Origin: Catajapyx aquilonaris
Lineage: Eukaryota
DNA: 64,000 nt
Assembly (NCBI GenBank): GCA_000934665.2
Contig: KZ538069.1
Location: 62,001 to 126,000 of the forward strand
Direction: 5' to 3'
Within the stretch, counting starts at the first letter, position 1. Every line of letters begins with the position of its first letter. The translations under genes were made by a program, and so were the position numbers. Positions 1 to 11,700 of this stretch are shown piece after piece. A model generated the notes under the pieces. That model had not been told where the DNA came from. It did not search any database and saw only the letters and a list, made by a program, of their open reading frames with translations.

Positions 1-3000
1 CATAAATTATACAATCGTAATTTTTCTACGGATTTTATTGTGGTGAAAGGAAATCCAGGTGGTTCAATATGTCATGTGTGAGGGCATGTGCAGCAGTGTA
101 GGGACCATGCTGTACAGTTCGCGTGGTATTTTTACCCTGCATTACTACTCTTGCAGAGAAGGATTTCACATACCATAAAATTCCTGGACAACGCAGGGGG
201 NGGGGGGGGGGGGGGGGAAAGCGGTGTGAGTTGCTTCATGACGCGGAAAATAGTTCAGAAAAAAAAGAAAGAAAAGGGCAAAAATTTCTCTCGGCTCAAA
301 TTCGCTCAGATCTTAAGCTGGACTAACAAAATATTCCGGAAATTCAAATAGGAAATGCGGCAACTTCCTTTAAAATTGCAGTTGTTGTTGTTGTTGTTTT
401 TTTTCTTCCGCTGGAGGTCTTTGTACTTGCACATTATTCGTGTCGTGCGAGGTACTTGGCGTTTCCCGTGAAGGAAGCCTATTTTCTTTTATCAATCAAC
501 GCTTGTTTTTCTCACGGGATAACTGGACTCTTGGGATAACTACTACTATCCGGGACATTTTTCGACAACTAATAGCCATATTCACATTACTTCACATCAC
601 GTCATCACTATATCTTATGCGTTGGGAATTTTCATTCGGACCTCGTAATCTTGAAGGAACAAAAACGTCAGTTGCACTTGAAACATTTACTTAACATACA
701 TTAGACAAGAAGTTTCGTCTGTCAGGTCACGTGTTAGGCTAACAAGTCTGTTGCTCGACGGGTACAAATTCCAGTGCAAATCAAAATAGCATGATGGTCA
801 TTGGAGGCAGAAGGAGAAAAAGTGAAGGACAAATGGAACAAATGCTTTCCAGTATTTTAAGTTTACTTTCATAATACTTTCAAGGTAAACTGAATGATAT
901 TGTTGATGAATACTGGTGCTTGCAGGAATACATGTAGGTATATCATCACCGGTAATGGGAATAATGACTTTTATTTTATTGACTACTTCGTACGTATAGG
1001 TCGAATTTCTCGTGTGTCTAATAATTTGAAAAGCAACGAGTAAATAAATGATTACAAGTTTTCTAGTCGTCATAATGGTCCTTGTCTGTTACGGTTTTGA
1101 ACACAATCAAGACCAGGTCAAATTATAGTTTAATGGTATGGAACGTGGGCAGAAACAACTTCAAACTACAGTACCGTACGTAATAATAGTGGCTAGTGAC
1201 CAATCAGATCGCACTTTTTAGTATAGTGTGAAATTTTCATCTTTTGCAGTACGAACTTCACGAAGGCCATGAAAGGACATCTCAAAGGTGGTCTAAAATC
1301 ACATGGGACATATTCAGATGTCAAAAAGAAGCGAGGCACAACAGAACAACAGAACGGAAACACAGAATTCGATTGATAATTTGTTACGCTTATGGTGCAT
1401 ACATTAAAGCACAGGTGTACGCGTTTCTTTTTATGAACTTGATCCAGTGGTCTACTTAAATGGAACACTGCAACCACTGTCGAAGTTAATCCTGTGACAC
1501 AACTGTATCGTGATAATTAATTACTTCTACGTATTATTCCGCATTCAGATCTACACAATGCATATGACTGATAATACTCTTGAAGAGAAGCCTGGACGTT
1601 AAGGCGTCGGGCAATAATAGCTTACTGAGGCTAAGTGGGCACATGGCTCTGTACAATAGTTACATCAATCACCTGTCACGCATCCTATGTGCGACGAATA
1701 TGTGAGTACATTAAACTGATATGATGGCGTGGAGACATGCGATATGAATTATATCCAAACAAATTCTCATAAACAAATCTACAATGGCAGGTTCAACTAG
1801 GTACATTTTATAACTTCATTACGTAAAATAAGCACGTACCAGCCTGAGTTCGCAATGTAGGAAACATTTCCTTTATAAATGTGCTACATTTTTAAATATC
1901 TCAAAATCCTATCCTGTCACGGAATGTATGTTAACAACAGATTAGCTGCACAACGTATCTTCCTATTACCCTAGCAATAAAAGTGGCTTGTCCACCCCGT
2001 TAATCACATCTTAACTGAAATAACACTACGGGCGATTATAAAGCTCGACTTGGCACAATCCGAGAGAAAGTGGTGCGCCAATATCAATTCGAAGCTTTAA
2101 TTACCTTCCTGATTACACTTGACCACTGCATGATATGAGGAAATCGAGCCTTCACAAAACTCCGTTCCGGCAGTCAGCACTTTATTTGACTTATTCTCTT
2201 TTTTTTCTCTCCCCAAGGATAATCCCTACTTTCCTACATTTTCGCCCAAGTGAAAATATTATGTGTACTGATCTTGGCTGTTCTCCTTCATGTTTTGCAG
2301 CACGACTCCCCAGCCTCGGGTTCCTCACACCTGCTTATCCACTTTTTACGCCGAATTGGTTCACCAATAATCTCCGGGCGATTTGTACCCATCTCGCATA
2401 CTCTCATTTACTCCACACCCACATTAAGTGAGAACAAGCCCACCGAAATCAGCAACCTGTTCTCATAAATTACCGGAGTGGGTACCGTTGCTGCCTGCCA
2501 AAAACTGCTTTTTCGCAAAAGGTGCGGTAGCGAAAGATCGGGGTCTCTCTGATTTGAGTGGACCTAGCACAACAACGCCCACCGTTTATACTGTATATTA
2601 TCGCATTATCCAGCTTTCATGGAAGTTCTGACATACAGAATATCCTGACGGGCCGGTATCAGATTACCACTTGAAACATTCCGGAGCAAAAATACTGCAC
2701 CAATTTATTATTAGAAGAAAAAATTGGTCACCTCCAATGAGTTTCGGAAATTGCCACGAGGATGTTTATTAAATTCTCAATTTGAATTTTAAGTAGTTAC
2801 TGAATCGGTGCAACCTCTCCAGTGTTGTCAGAAATATTGCGACACGACTACCACCGTAATAAAATAACACGTATGGCGTACCACTCCACCTTATATGACT
2901 CGGACATGTTCCAAAGTTTCCAGACATAAGCACTTAAGTCAGCAGTAGCACACTTTGAAGAATCGCCAAAGTGGGCAAAGTGAAAGTACACACAGGCTAA

Positions 3001-3754
3001 GACACAATGGGGCAGTGCTAATCAATTTATGGGCCAGAGTCCACAAAAGAATAACTGTAATAGCATCAGCAGCCTCTAAGAGTGCCGACTTCCATAGGAT
3101 ATCCATCCATGTGTCTTATCAAGCACCTGTTGGCACAAAGTATGACCGACTGCCTTACATCCCCACCCCCATACCGCCTTGTTCGTGCCCACGAAAAAAG
3201 AAATGTCAATCGAAGATTCGACCGTTTGCAGCTGCTGTTGAAAACTCCCTTCACTCTGCCCCGGGGTCCAAACGAAAATTGGGCGGTGGTCTGCCCCCGC
3301 CAGAACACGAAAGAGAATTTCCTGAATGAGGTCATGGCAACTACAGTGTTACCTGGTGCCTGCCTTAATCGCCATCAAATTGCGGGTGGTTGACACGCTT
3401 AACCAGGGCTGGCTTTTATGCGATTCTATTGTAAGACACCTCGGAAAATGGGGAGTCGTTAGTGACCATCCTTGTGCTCGATGTGTATGCGATCCACTTT
3501 TGTTGTTCAGGGGGGCGTTGGCCGTTTTGGTAAATATTTGCAAGGAAATCAAGTTCAAAACGTAAAAATGGAAAGTATGGGAAATTTCGATGAGAATACT
3601 TTGTTGCGGCCCAACCTACAACACATTTCCTTTTTTCACTTTCAGGCAGGGATGGCCCTCCTCATCTATGTGACCTCAACCTGGCGTCGTCGACTCTGGC
3701 GAATTTGAAGCAATTACCACCAGGAAAAAAAAAATACCAGTAACAAAAAAAAAT

Positions 3755-6700
3755 ATGGAACAATGCTTAGTCTTAATCGTCCTCCTAGTCATATGTGGAA
3801 CGTCCTTAAAGGCCGTGGCTTCCCAAAGGCCAAGTGCGCTTTCTCAACACTCATGGACCCTGCTGCCAGAAGGTTACGACATATCGAAGGTAAGCCCTGT
3901 TTCGTACTGGGAGTTACACTCCGCGGATGCTAAGCTGAGTGGAAATGATACAGTGCAGGCTTGAATTGTTGCAATTGCATCATGCACGACTTCACATGGT
4001 AAACATAGCAAGTGTACCACAATACATTATTTCACAATACCCTATATCTGCACATTTATCCAAAAGTTGGCAGCCAATTCAGTCACGGCGAAATCCGAAA
4101 TTGTAGCGATAATTATCTGGCACTGTCGAGTCATGAGAAATTGACATCAGATGGTACTAATGCCCGAGGCTTGTGAAATGCCAATGTTGTATCTTCCGGA
4201 GTTCAATTACCGCAACTCAACCATGAAGGGCATTACCATGTGTATCTTTTCACTTCTAACAACTTCAACATAAATGTAGACTGCTGATACTACTCAAGTG
4301 GTTGGAACATCCAAGTCTTGGCACCATCTCCTAATGTGTTTCTTCGATTAGTGTGTAAAATGATATCAAAAAAAGAAATAATACTGGTATATTCCGACCC
4401 TCCTAGGAATTCGTCTCTGGAGAGAAATCCACGTTGGGAAAAGAAACCGGCAGCTCTGAAGCGTATCAAACGAGTGACCATGCCCACAGCATCAGCCTCC
4501 GGGAAGCACCGCTTTGGGATATTTCGCCCCAGTAAGCACTCCTTTTTTGTTCTTCCCCGTTTTCTCCTCTTCATGGCGCTATCAATTCCAATAGTACCTA
4601 GCACTGTAAGTAAACCCCTACCGCACTACAGACAACAAAAAAACAATGGTAATACTTTTTTTTCAGTCAAGAAAGGACACGCACTCGACACCAGGCACAA
4701 AACCCACTCCAATACTACTCCAGCAGTACCGGGTTCCATGGTGAAATCCGCATACCCTATCCAACCGCCGCACCCCACCGCGTGTACTACCAGTCTGGAA
4801 GCGGTACCGGCGCAGGCAACTCTTCAGATGTGGAAGACGATCATTCGGACAGCGAAGGTGCGGGGACAATCCATCCGTACCTCTTCATCGGTGCTGCACC
4901 GCCGTACCACCAGCATCAACTCTCGAACGGATTTCGTACTGGAAGTGGTCGTGAATATGGTAACCTCCGACCTCTACCACCCGATCAACTCTTAAAAAGC
5001 GCGCGGGTCAATGGCTTCAAACCGATCACTAACCCTGTCTTCTACAATGATGACCCGTGGCAGAGGGGTCGGGGCAGGCCCAAACCAGGACCAGATTTTC
5101 CCATCGAGGACGGCAAGCCTACAAGGCAGACGGGACATACTGGGCTGGGGCACAGGCCCGCGGAGGTGGGCCGCAGACCTTCGGATTTTGAACTAAGACA
5201 TCCGGAATTGGGTCCTACAGAACTGGGGGATTCGGGATTGGGTCATACATACGACCTAACATCGCCGCAGCTCGAGTTGTTGCGCTTCAGGCAACGGCAA
5301 CGTCCTCAACAGTCCTATCCGCCGTATTATATCCCAAAGCAGGAGCAGAAACTACCAGAAGAGGAAGAACAACAAGAAGAATATGGGGATTATGAAGATG
5401 ATGTTGACGGACCAAAACCTAATCCGTTCCGCGTCACTAACCCAGGTTTGTCGTCAAGGCCAGAAGAAGCTTTTAACTCACATGGACCCAAGAACCATCA
5501 CTTCGTCAAGAACTTCCCGAACAATTCGCCAATCGACAGTTTCCTGGCTCAAGTCAACCACGCAGTGCCCCGACCGACTGGTACGCCTAGTACGACTGGT
5601 AACCGTGGCAGATACGTTCCTGGCCAAGATGGAATTTATGCCCATCACGTTACGACAGGTTCCCCATTACGAGGGACTGCAAAATATCAGTCGCCACAAG
5701 ATTTTGAAACCAAAGAAAAGGAGAGACCTAAATTACACTTCACCAGCTACCCTGTTGATTCTGGCTTTCTGCCTCCCAGTGACCAAAATTATGACACAGA
5801 AGGTGATATACCATCTTTTGAAGACACAGCGGATCCATTCGAAAACTTTAAATCAGATGAAGAAGCACTGCCACCGTTCCAGCCAATTCCAAGCCGACAT
5901 CCTCCGATATCACAAGGTGTAACCCAATCAGGAGATGAGCCCAGTGAGGAGACTCCAGCAGTTAGAAATGTACCTGTCCTGGTACTGAATAACATTACTA
6001 GTGCAGAAGGTGTCACATCTGCTGAAGAAGGAAGTATGGAACTGTCAATGTCAGCTGAAGAGGAATCAGGGGAAGAAGCATTGCCTACACCTCCCTCCAG
6101 TCCAATCCAAACGATACCAACTGCTGAAGTCAACATTACCACCACAGATGTGATGATTACAGAACCACCTACTGATGAAGTACCAACGAGTCTGGCAGAC
6201 ACTGAAGAGCCACCAACAGAAAATCCAATGACGGAGACAGAATCTCTAATACTTACGACTTCTACTGAAAGCTACGAAGATGAGGGTACTACCACTGCGG
6301 CTGAGGTTGAAACAGTGATGCCAACAAATAGTACTGCAGCAGAAGACGAACAAGTCACAACTGAACAGTCGTCCTTGGAAGAAACTTCCGAAGACACAAA
6401 TGCCAGATCACAAACTTTCGAAGCCAAAGACCAGGACATCGTTGAGCTGACCCAAACTCCATTTTTTGGGGACTTGGCCAACCCAAAAACAACTGCATCA
6501 ACTAGTGGAAAGTATGGCCAATCTGCCAGCAGGCCTGTAACAAAACCAGTTCGGCCGCAACTAATATACACCCTTCCTCCCATCTATGCTCTTCATCCTG
6601 AAGTTACAAGTACTGGAGCCACAGAAGCATCTAAAACAGACCAGTCATCCACTGTTGCAATTGAGCTTGATACAGAGGAAGAATCAGACATGGACTTGAA

Positions 6701-7820
6701 GGCACTGCTGCGACAAGTGGGACCTGTTAGTCTTAGTGAACTGCTCCAAAAGCATAACCTATCATTGGGAGACTTGCTAAAAGGCAATGGTGCAGCTCTC
6801 AAGGCTCTACGAGGTGAGATGCCTGGAATAATTCGCTCCTCTTCCGGCCAGAAAGTTGAAACTGGACGCAATCTCAAGGGTAATGCAACAGCACAGATTA
6901 TACCAGATGACGGTAAAGAAAATAATAGGGCTGAAATCGAGAAAACAACACTGTCAAGCATTGCTTCTGTAGCTAAGGATCTCTCAGGAAGTGGCTCTAG
7001 TGATGATCATGACCACCTAAAACCAGAAGTTTCTACACAAAAACCTGTCACACCTCCAAAGACAAAAGAACAGACCACACCAATTCGGGTGGTGACAACA
7101 ACAAGGCCAGCAAGAACAACAAAGGCTCCAAAGGTTGATGAATCCATTGATGCCTCACCAGCCACATCTTCAACTACAGAGAGGGTGACCAAACCTCCAA
7201 AGACTGAACCAAGTTCCACCACAACCCTCCCAACAGCCCGAGTTGTCCGCATAAATCCAGTCACTCCCACAACCCAACCAGCACACAAACCATCAGTACC
7301 ACATCCAAACTGGAACTTATACAATTTCAATCCATATAACCAATACCCAGATGCAGATGGAATTGGCCCTTCAACCCTACCTCCTAAAGCACAAAACCCT
7401 TCAAGTCCTGAACTCCCAATGGTGGTGGTTTCATCTTCCTTGACTCCAGTCCCGCCAAGGAGAGAAACCAACAACATTGAGTGGGGCCAAGAAGAAGAGA
7501 GTGCACCTCCTCCAGCTCAATTCCCACCTTCACCTGATGTGGGTTCAGATCAAGATGCAGATTCAGCCATGGCTGCCAGTGCCATTGTAGTGAGCTCCAT
7601 AATAGGGGGATTTGCCATTGTCATTTTCCTGGCCATCTTTGTCATCTGTTGGTGGAGGCAACGGCAACGGAATCATCTACGAAGGCACCCTGTAAGCCAC
7701 GAGCTTCACAGCAGTTTGATACACTTGGGCATCCCACCACTGCCGCAGGGCAAGGGACTCTATGGGAGAGTGAATCAGCCTGAGCCAAGTCTGTGGGCAT
7801 CTCTCAGAGGATACAACTAA
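3755..7820 (+). CDS. Uncharacterised type I single-pass membrane protein, ~1137 aa (signal peptide, acidic/Pro/Ser/Thr-rich mucin-like ectodomain, C-terminal TM, short tail)
   Basis: Inferred exons: 3755-3889 (MEQCLVLIVLLVICGTSLKAVAS signal-like, AAG|gtaagc), 4407-4531 (tag|GAATTC...CA|gtaagc) and 4667-7820 (ttttcag|T). Phases 0/2 join in frame with the 4782..7820 ORF, total 3414 nt. TM segment SAIVVSSIIGGFAIVIFLAIFVICWW is followed by basic RQRQR. AATAAA near 8098. Confidence 0.8.
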
Positions 7821-8244
7821 AATGGCTTCTAGAGATTCACAACCCCCCCATGCATGAGATGCAAACCTTTCTCCCCTGCGCCTGTCAACCTGTCTTAACA
7901 CACTACTCTTTCTGTGATCAAATGAGTTCGCAACTGAATTTCAAGAGAGGTACTGTATAGTATGAAGCATGTAACCATACATGTAAAAGGCTACTGTATT
8001 TCGCACTACGTGAAAAAATGCCTACCTGTACTGATTGTAGGTGAAGATATCTCTCAGTGCTTCACTGGCAGAATCCCGTCCATTCTGGAAGTGTCGAAAT
8101 AAATCAACTGTACTGCAGGAAAGTACTAAATGAGATTTTAAAAACTCTGTAGATGTGCAGTTACACTAGAACTAAAGGGTTAGAAAATAAGACTATTATT
8201 TATATGAAGTTACAACTTCATTGATTTGTTATTGTTGCAATTGT

Positions 8245-8400
8245 CATTGTGGGGAGTGCACCACCCCATAGGGGTATCTGGCACGAAACCTTTGACTTTG
8301 AAACACATGTGATCCTTTTTTGTAATGCCCATGCACCCCAATACAGAAACGAGTGACAGGGAGGGGAAGTGCAAATGCAAGTTCAATGGTGCTACTTTTG
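8245..8400 (-). mobile_element. Degenerate 3' remnant of a SINE related to the 61356-61694 family
   Basis: The minus strand reads ...gcacttcccctccctgtcac...aaggtttcgtgccagatacc...gtgcactccccacaat. This resembles the 3' end of the 61.5 kb SINE and the 27.7 kb copy. Confidence 0.45.
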
Positions 8401-8714
8401 TCTTTTGTGCATTTCTCTAAGTGGGCAGTCTAACAGGTTCCTTCCAAGATGATGCTGGAGAGACCCTCAACTCCACACAAATGACAAAGGAAAGTCCTAA
8501 CTTTAAATCAAACTCAATCTTTTTTCATCTGTGAGGGTAAGCATGACCGCTGCACCATTCTCATCTTCTACTGATTTGATTTGTTAATGTTTTTTTCAAG
8601 GGGCATCAACAGTCTTTGCATGTATCAATCCCATTATATGGCTCCACTCGAGTCAACAGTTTTTGTGTACAGATTTAACAATAAATAATCAAAATATAAA
8701 TATATATTCCTCAC

Positions 8715-11700
8715 CTGAAAAAGCCTGTAAAAGTATGCATACTGCCTGGCAATGTTACGGCACTGCTTTAGTGCATCACCTAAAGTCTGTGACCCTTTTA
8801 GCAACTGCAATTCTTCAGGTTTGAAGTACATGACAGTGGTGTACTTGCTGGGTAGAATGTCCAGGTAAGGCCTCCAAAAGGAATCTGGTTTACTCTTCTC
8901 CAGGAGAAGAAACAGTGACAATGTCACATTGGCCATGTTTTGCAGGAGTGCATCATTTTCAATAAGAGTTTCTGGAGAGGAGAGAAAATGCATACATTAG
9001 AGCTGTTGGCTTCACAATATTTCAAGTGTTTCTAGAAATTCAGAACAAAAATACTGCTACTAGGGGAGTTGGGGTAACAATTGTAAAATAGAGGTTATGG
9101 GATACATTTGTGATTTTTTTGCTTATCGGTGAAAAAATCTGGAAAAATATTCACAAGGTAAAAAAAAACCTGTACCCACAAACTTATTGGTTTAATGAAT
9201 TTTTTTCTGACTTCTTTTGTCTGACAAAATATGGCTACCAAAAACTTGATAACCTCAAAGTTGTGCCTGTTGGCAAAATGTCTTTCTCCAAACGTTGGTC
9301 AAAGCAAGGGTAGGCAATTTGCAGGGCTTTCAAGTGGATTTTTTGTTACTTCTATAACATAAAAAATAGGTAAGTTTATCTCATTGTGCCAACTTTACAT
9401 CTATGATGGGGTAATCAAAAACATTTTTATTGTGTTCTTGATTTAAATCTGAATTATCTTGGTCAATAGTTAGGCATTTCAATTTTAAAAGTAATCTTTC
9501 TGTTCACTGATTTCACTTTTGATTTTTTGTTAAAAAGTTCATCAAGAAAACTTTCATTTTATCATTTTAAATAGGGTTTTAATTTGTTTTTTGGTCTTAA
9601 AAACATAGGGTTGAATTTTGGTCCCACTGATAGTTACTGCTAACTTATCAGTACCAGTGCCATCACCTGGTACTGCTAAATTAGCAGTAATTAGCAGTGG
9701 GACCAAAATTCCACCTGTGTATTTTTGATTTATTTTTAACAATAATACAGCCTAAGTGAGTCTAAAGGATGATAATCTCTGTCTATTTTAAAGGGTTGTG
9801 TAAAGTAGGTAGTCTATTACACCACTTAGATCAAGGCCTCTCACACAAGGTCACCACGGCAGCATGGCCAAGGCGGCGGCGCCACATGTTTGCATTGAAT
9901 CATATGATGCCTTTTGCACGAGACGTGACTTTTTGTGCAGCCAGACGTGCATTTTGAACTGTAGCTTGGCTGGTGAACAAATCTGCAACAAGGCGTCAGA
10001 GAAGCACCGCCAAAATGCAGAGGAGCTGCCATGGTGGCCTCGTGTAAAAGAGGCCTTAAGGCACAGCTTGCAATTTAGTTGATTGCAATTGTATCTTAGT
10101 AAAGTGTTCCTGGTTTAATTTAGTAAGAATTAAGTCTGGATCAGGTACCTGAGACCTTGGAGAGCAACACATAAAAGCTGCCCATGTACAGGTACCAGCC
10201 AGACTGCTGTTTCTTATTGAGATACATCTATATTGAATTTCAGGGCGGCACGGTGGTGTAGTTGTTAACGCCACAGCCTTCCACCTCTAAGGTCCCGAGT
10301 TCAATCACCGGGTCGGATGGAGGATACTTATGTGGATAGAGTTTCAATGGGTTCTCTCTGTGCTTGAGTGGGTTTTATTGGGGTTCTCCCGTTTCCTCCC
10401 ACAATCAAAATCCATCACAGCAAAGGGAATGAGTAAAGTCGGTCAATTAAAAGATGATCCCCTAAAAAGCCCACAGAGGCTTATTCATGGGTGGAATTTT
10501 CATCCCACTGCTATAGTTACTGCTAACTATTTGTCTTTTTTTTAACGTTACCCTATTGGAGAGCGGTGCTCTTTTAGGAGGTGGTAACCCACTGTAAATT
10601 TCATTTTTCATATTTTCTTCAACAACCGGTGCAAGGATGAAAGGACATGGCGTAGGGATGGGGATTTTTTGGGGAGGGGACACAGGTTCAGGTGCAATGT
10701 CGAAAAATGGGTCATGTGCAGTCCCCCAGGAGGCTAGGTTGCCAAACACCTCCAAGGTGCAGGTCAGAGACCCTCCTGATGCAGGTGAAAGGGAGCTCCC
10801 GGGTGGGGATCGGACCCAGGAAACTCAGTAAGCCGAGTCGTTACCGACTTGGCCACCACACCAGTGCTGGGGATGGTTACTGCTAAGTTAGCAGTAACTA
10901 GCAATGGGACGAAAATTCCACCCCATTATTACCGTATTACCTCTCATATTTTGGCACGCCGGTATAACCCGGGGGTGGCCGGCATGCCGCAATAACCGAG
11001 GTAGATTTCCGTAATTTTGATCCTTGCCAACTATTTTGGAATGCTTCTGATACCATACTTAAATAATGTTACAATGAAAATGGGCACATGTACAGGCTGT
11101 GAGAATACGTCAGTTCCATTGCACAGTGCAAAAAAATTAAAAAATGTAGAGTGTATGACCAATCCCATCGTCAGCCTGCTTTGACAGGGGAACCCCCTGC
11201 TCTAAATAGAGATTATTGGCAGACACTGCGATTGAAAACAATAGATGGTACAGGTACGCTATTTGGAAAATGTGCCTTTTCGATGGCCTTTACATGAATT
11301 TCGATTTTCAGGCAAATGTCAAGTTCAGAAAGGATGATGTAACTTATGCGAAAACCTCGCCCTATACCGGCATGCCGATATAGCCACCAGATCGTGCATT
11401 TCGAAAAACTGGTCGACATCGCCTACACCGGCATGCCGCAATATGAGAGGTAATACGGTATGATAATATATTATTATCTACTGTAATAATAATAATGGAT
11501 ACCCCGTGCTAGGCCTCCTTGGGCCTCTTAGGGGATCATCTTTTATTTAACCAACTTTAATCATTGCCTGCGCTGTGATGGATTTTGATTGTGGAAGGAA
11601 ACGGGAGAACCCTAAGAAAACCCACGCGAACACGGAGAGAACCCATCAAAACTCTATCCACATAGGAATCCTCCGTCCGACCCAGGGATCGAACTCGGGA

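Noticed and set aside
196..217. Functional G-quadruplex tract
   Set aside because: It is a plain homopolymer containing an N; its length is unreliable and there is no supporting context.
4595..4605. Possible microexon before the gtaagt at 4606
   Set aside because: 11 nt (or 4 nt) would break the frame that is already consistent without it.
4318..4995. 225-aa ORF overlapping the nested gene
   Set aside because: It is an alternative frame spanning an intron, with no recognisable motif; the spliced model explains the region.
5789..7477. Minus-strand ORFs opposite the large exon
   Set aside because: They are antisense shadows of low-complexity coding sequence and show no SETD3 similarity.
10243..10320. 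tRNA genes at the SINE heads (also 11680-11750 and 61615-61694)
   Set aside because: A/B boxes are present, but the cloverleaf is imperfect and each head continues into a SINE body with a tail, and TSDs in two cases.
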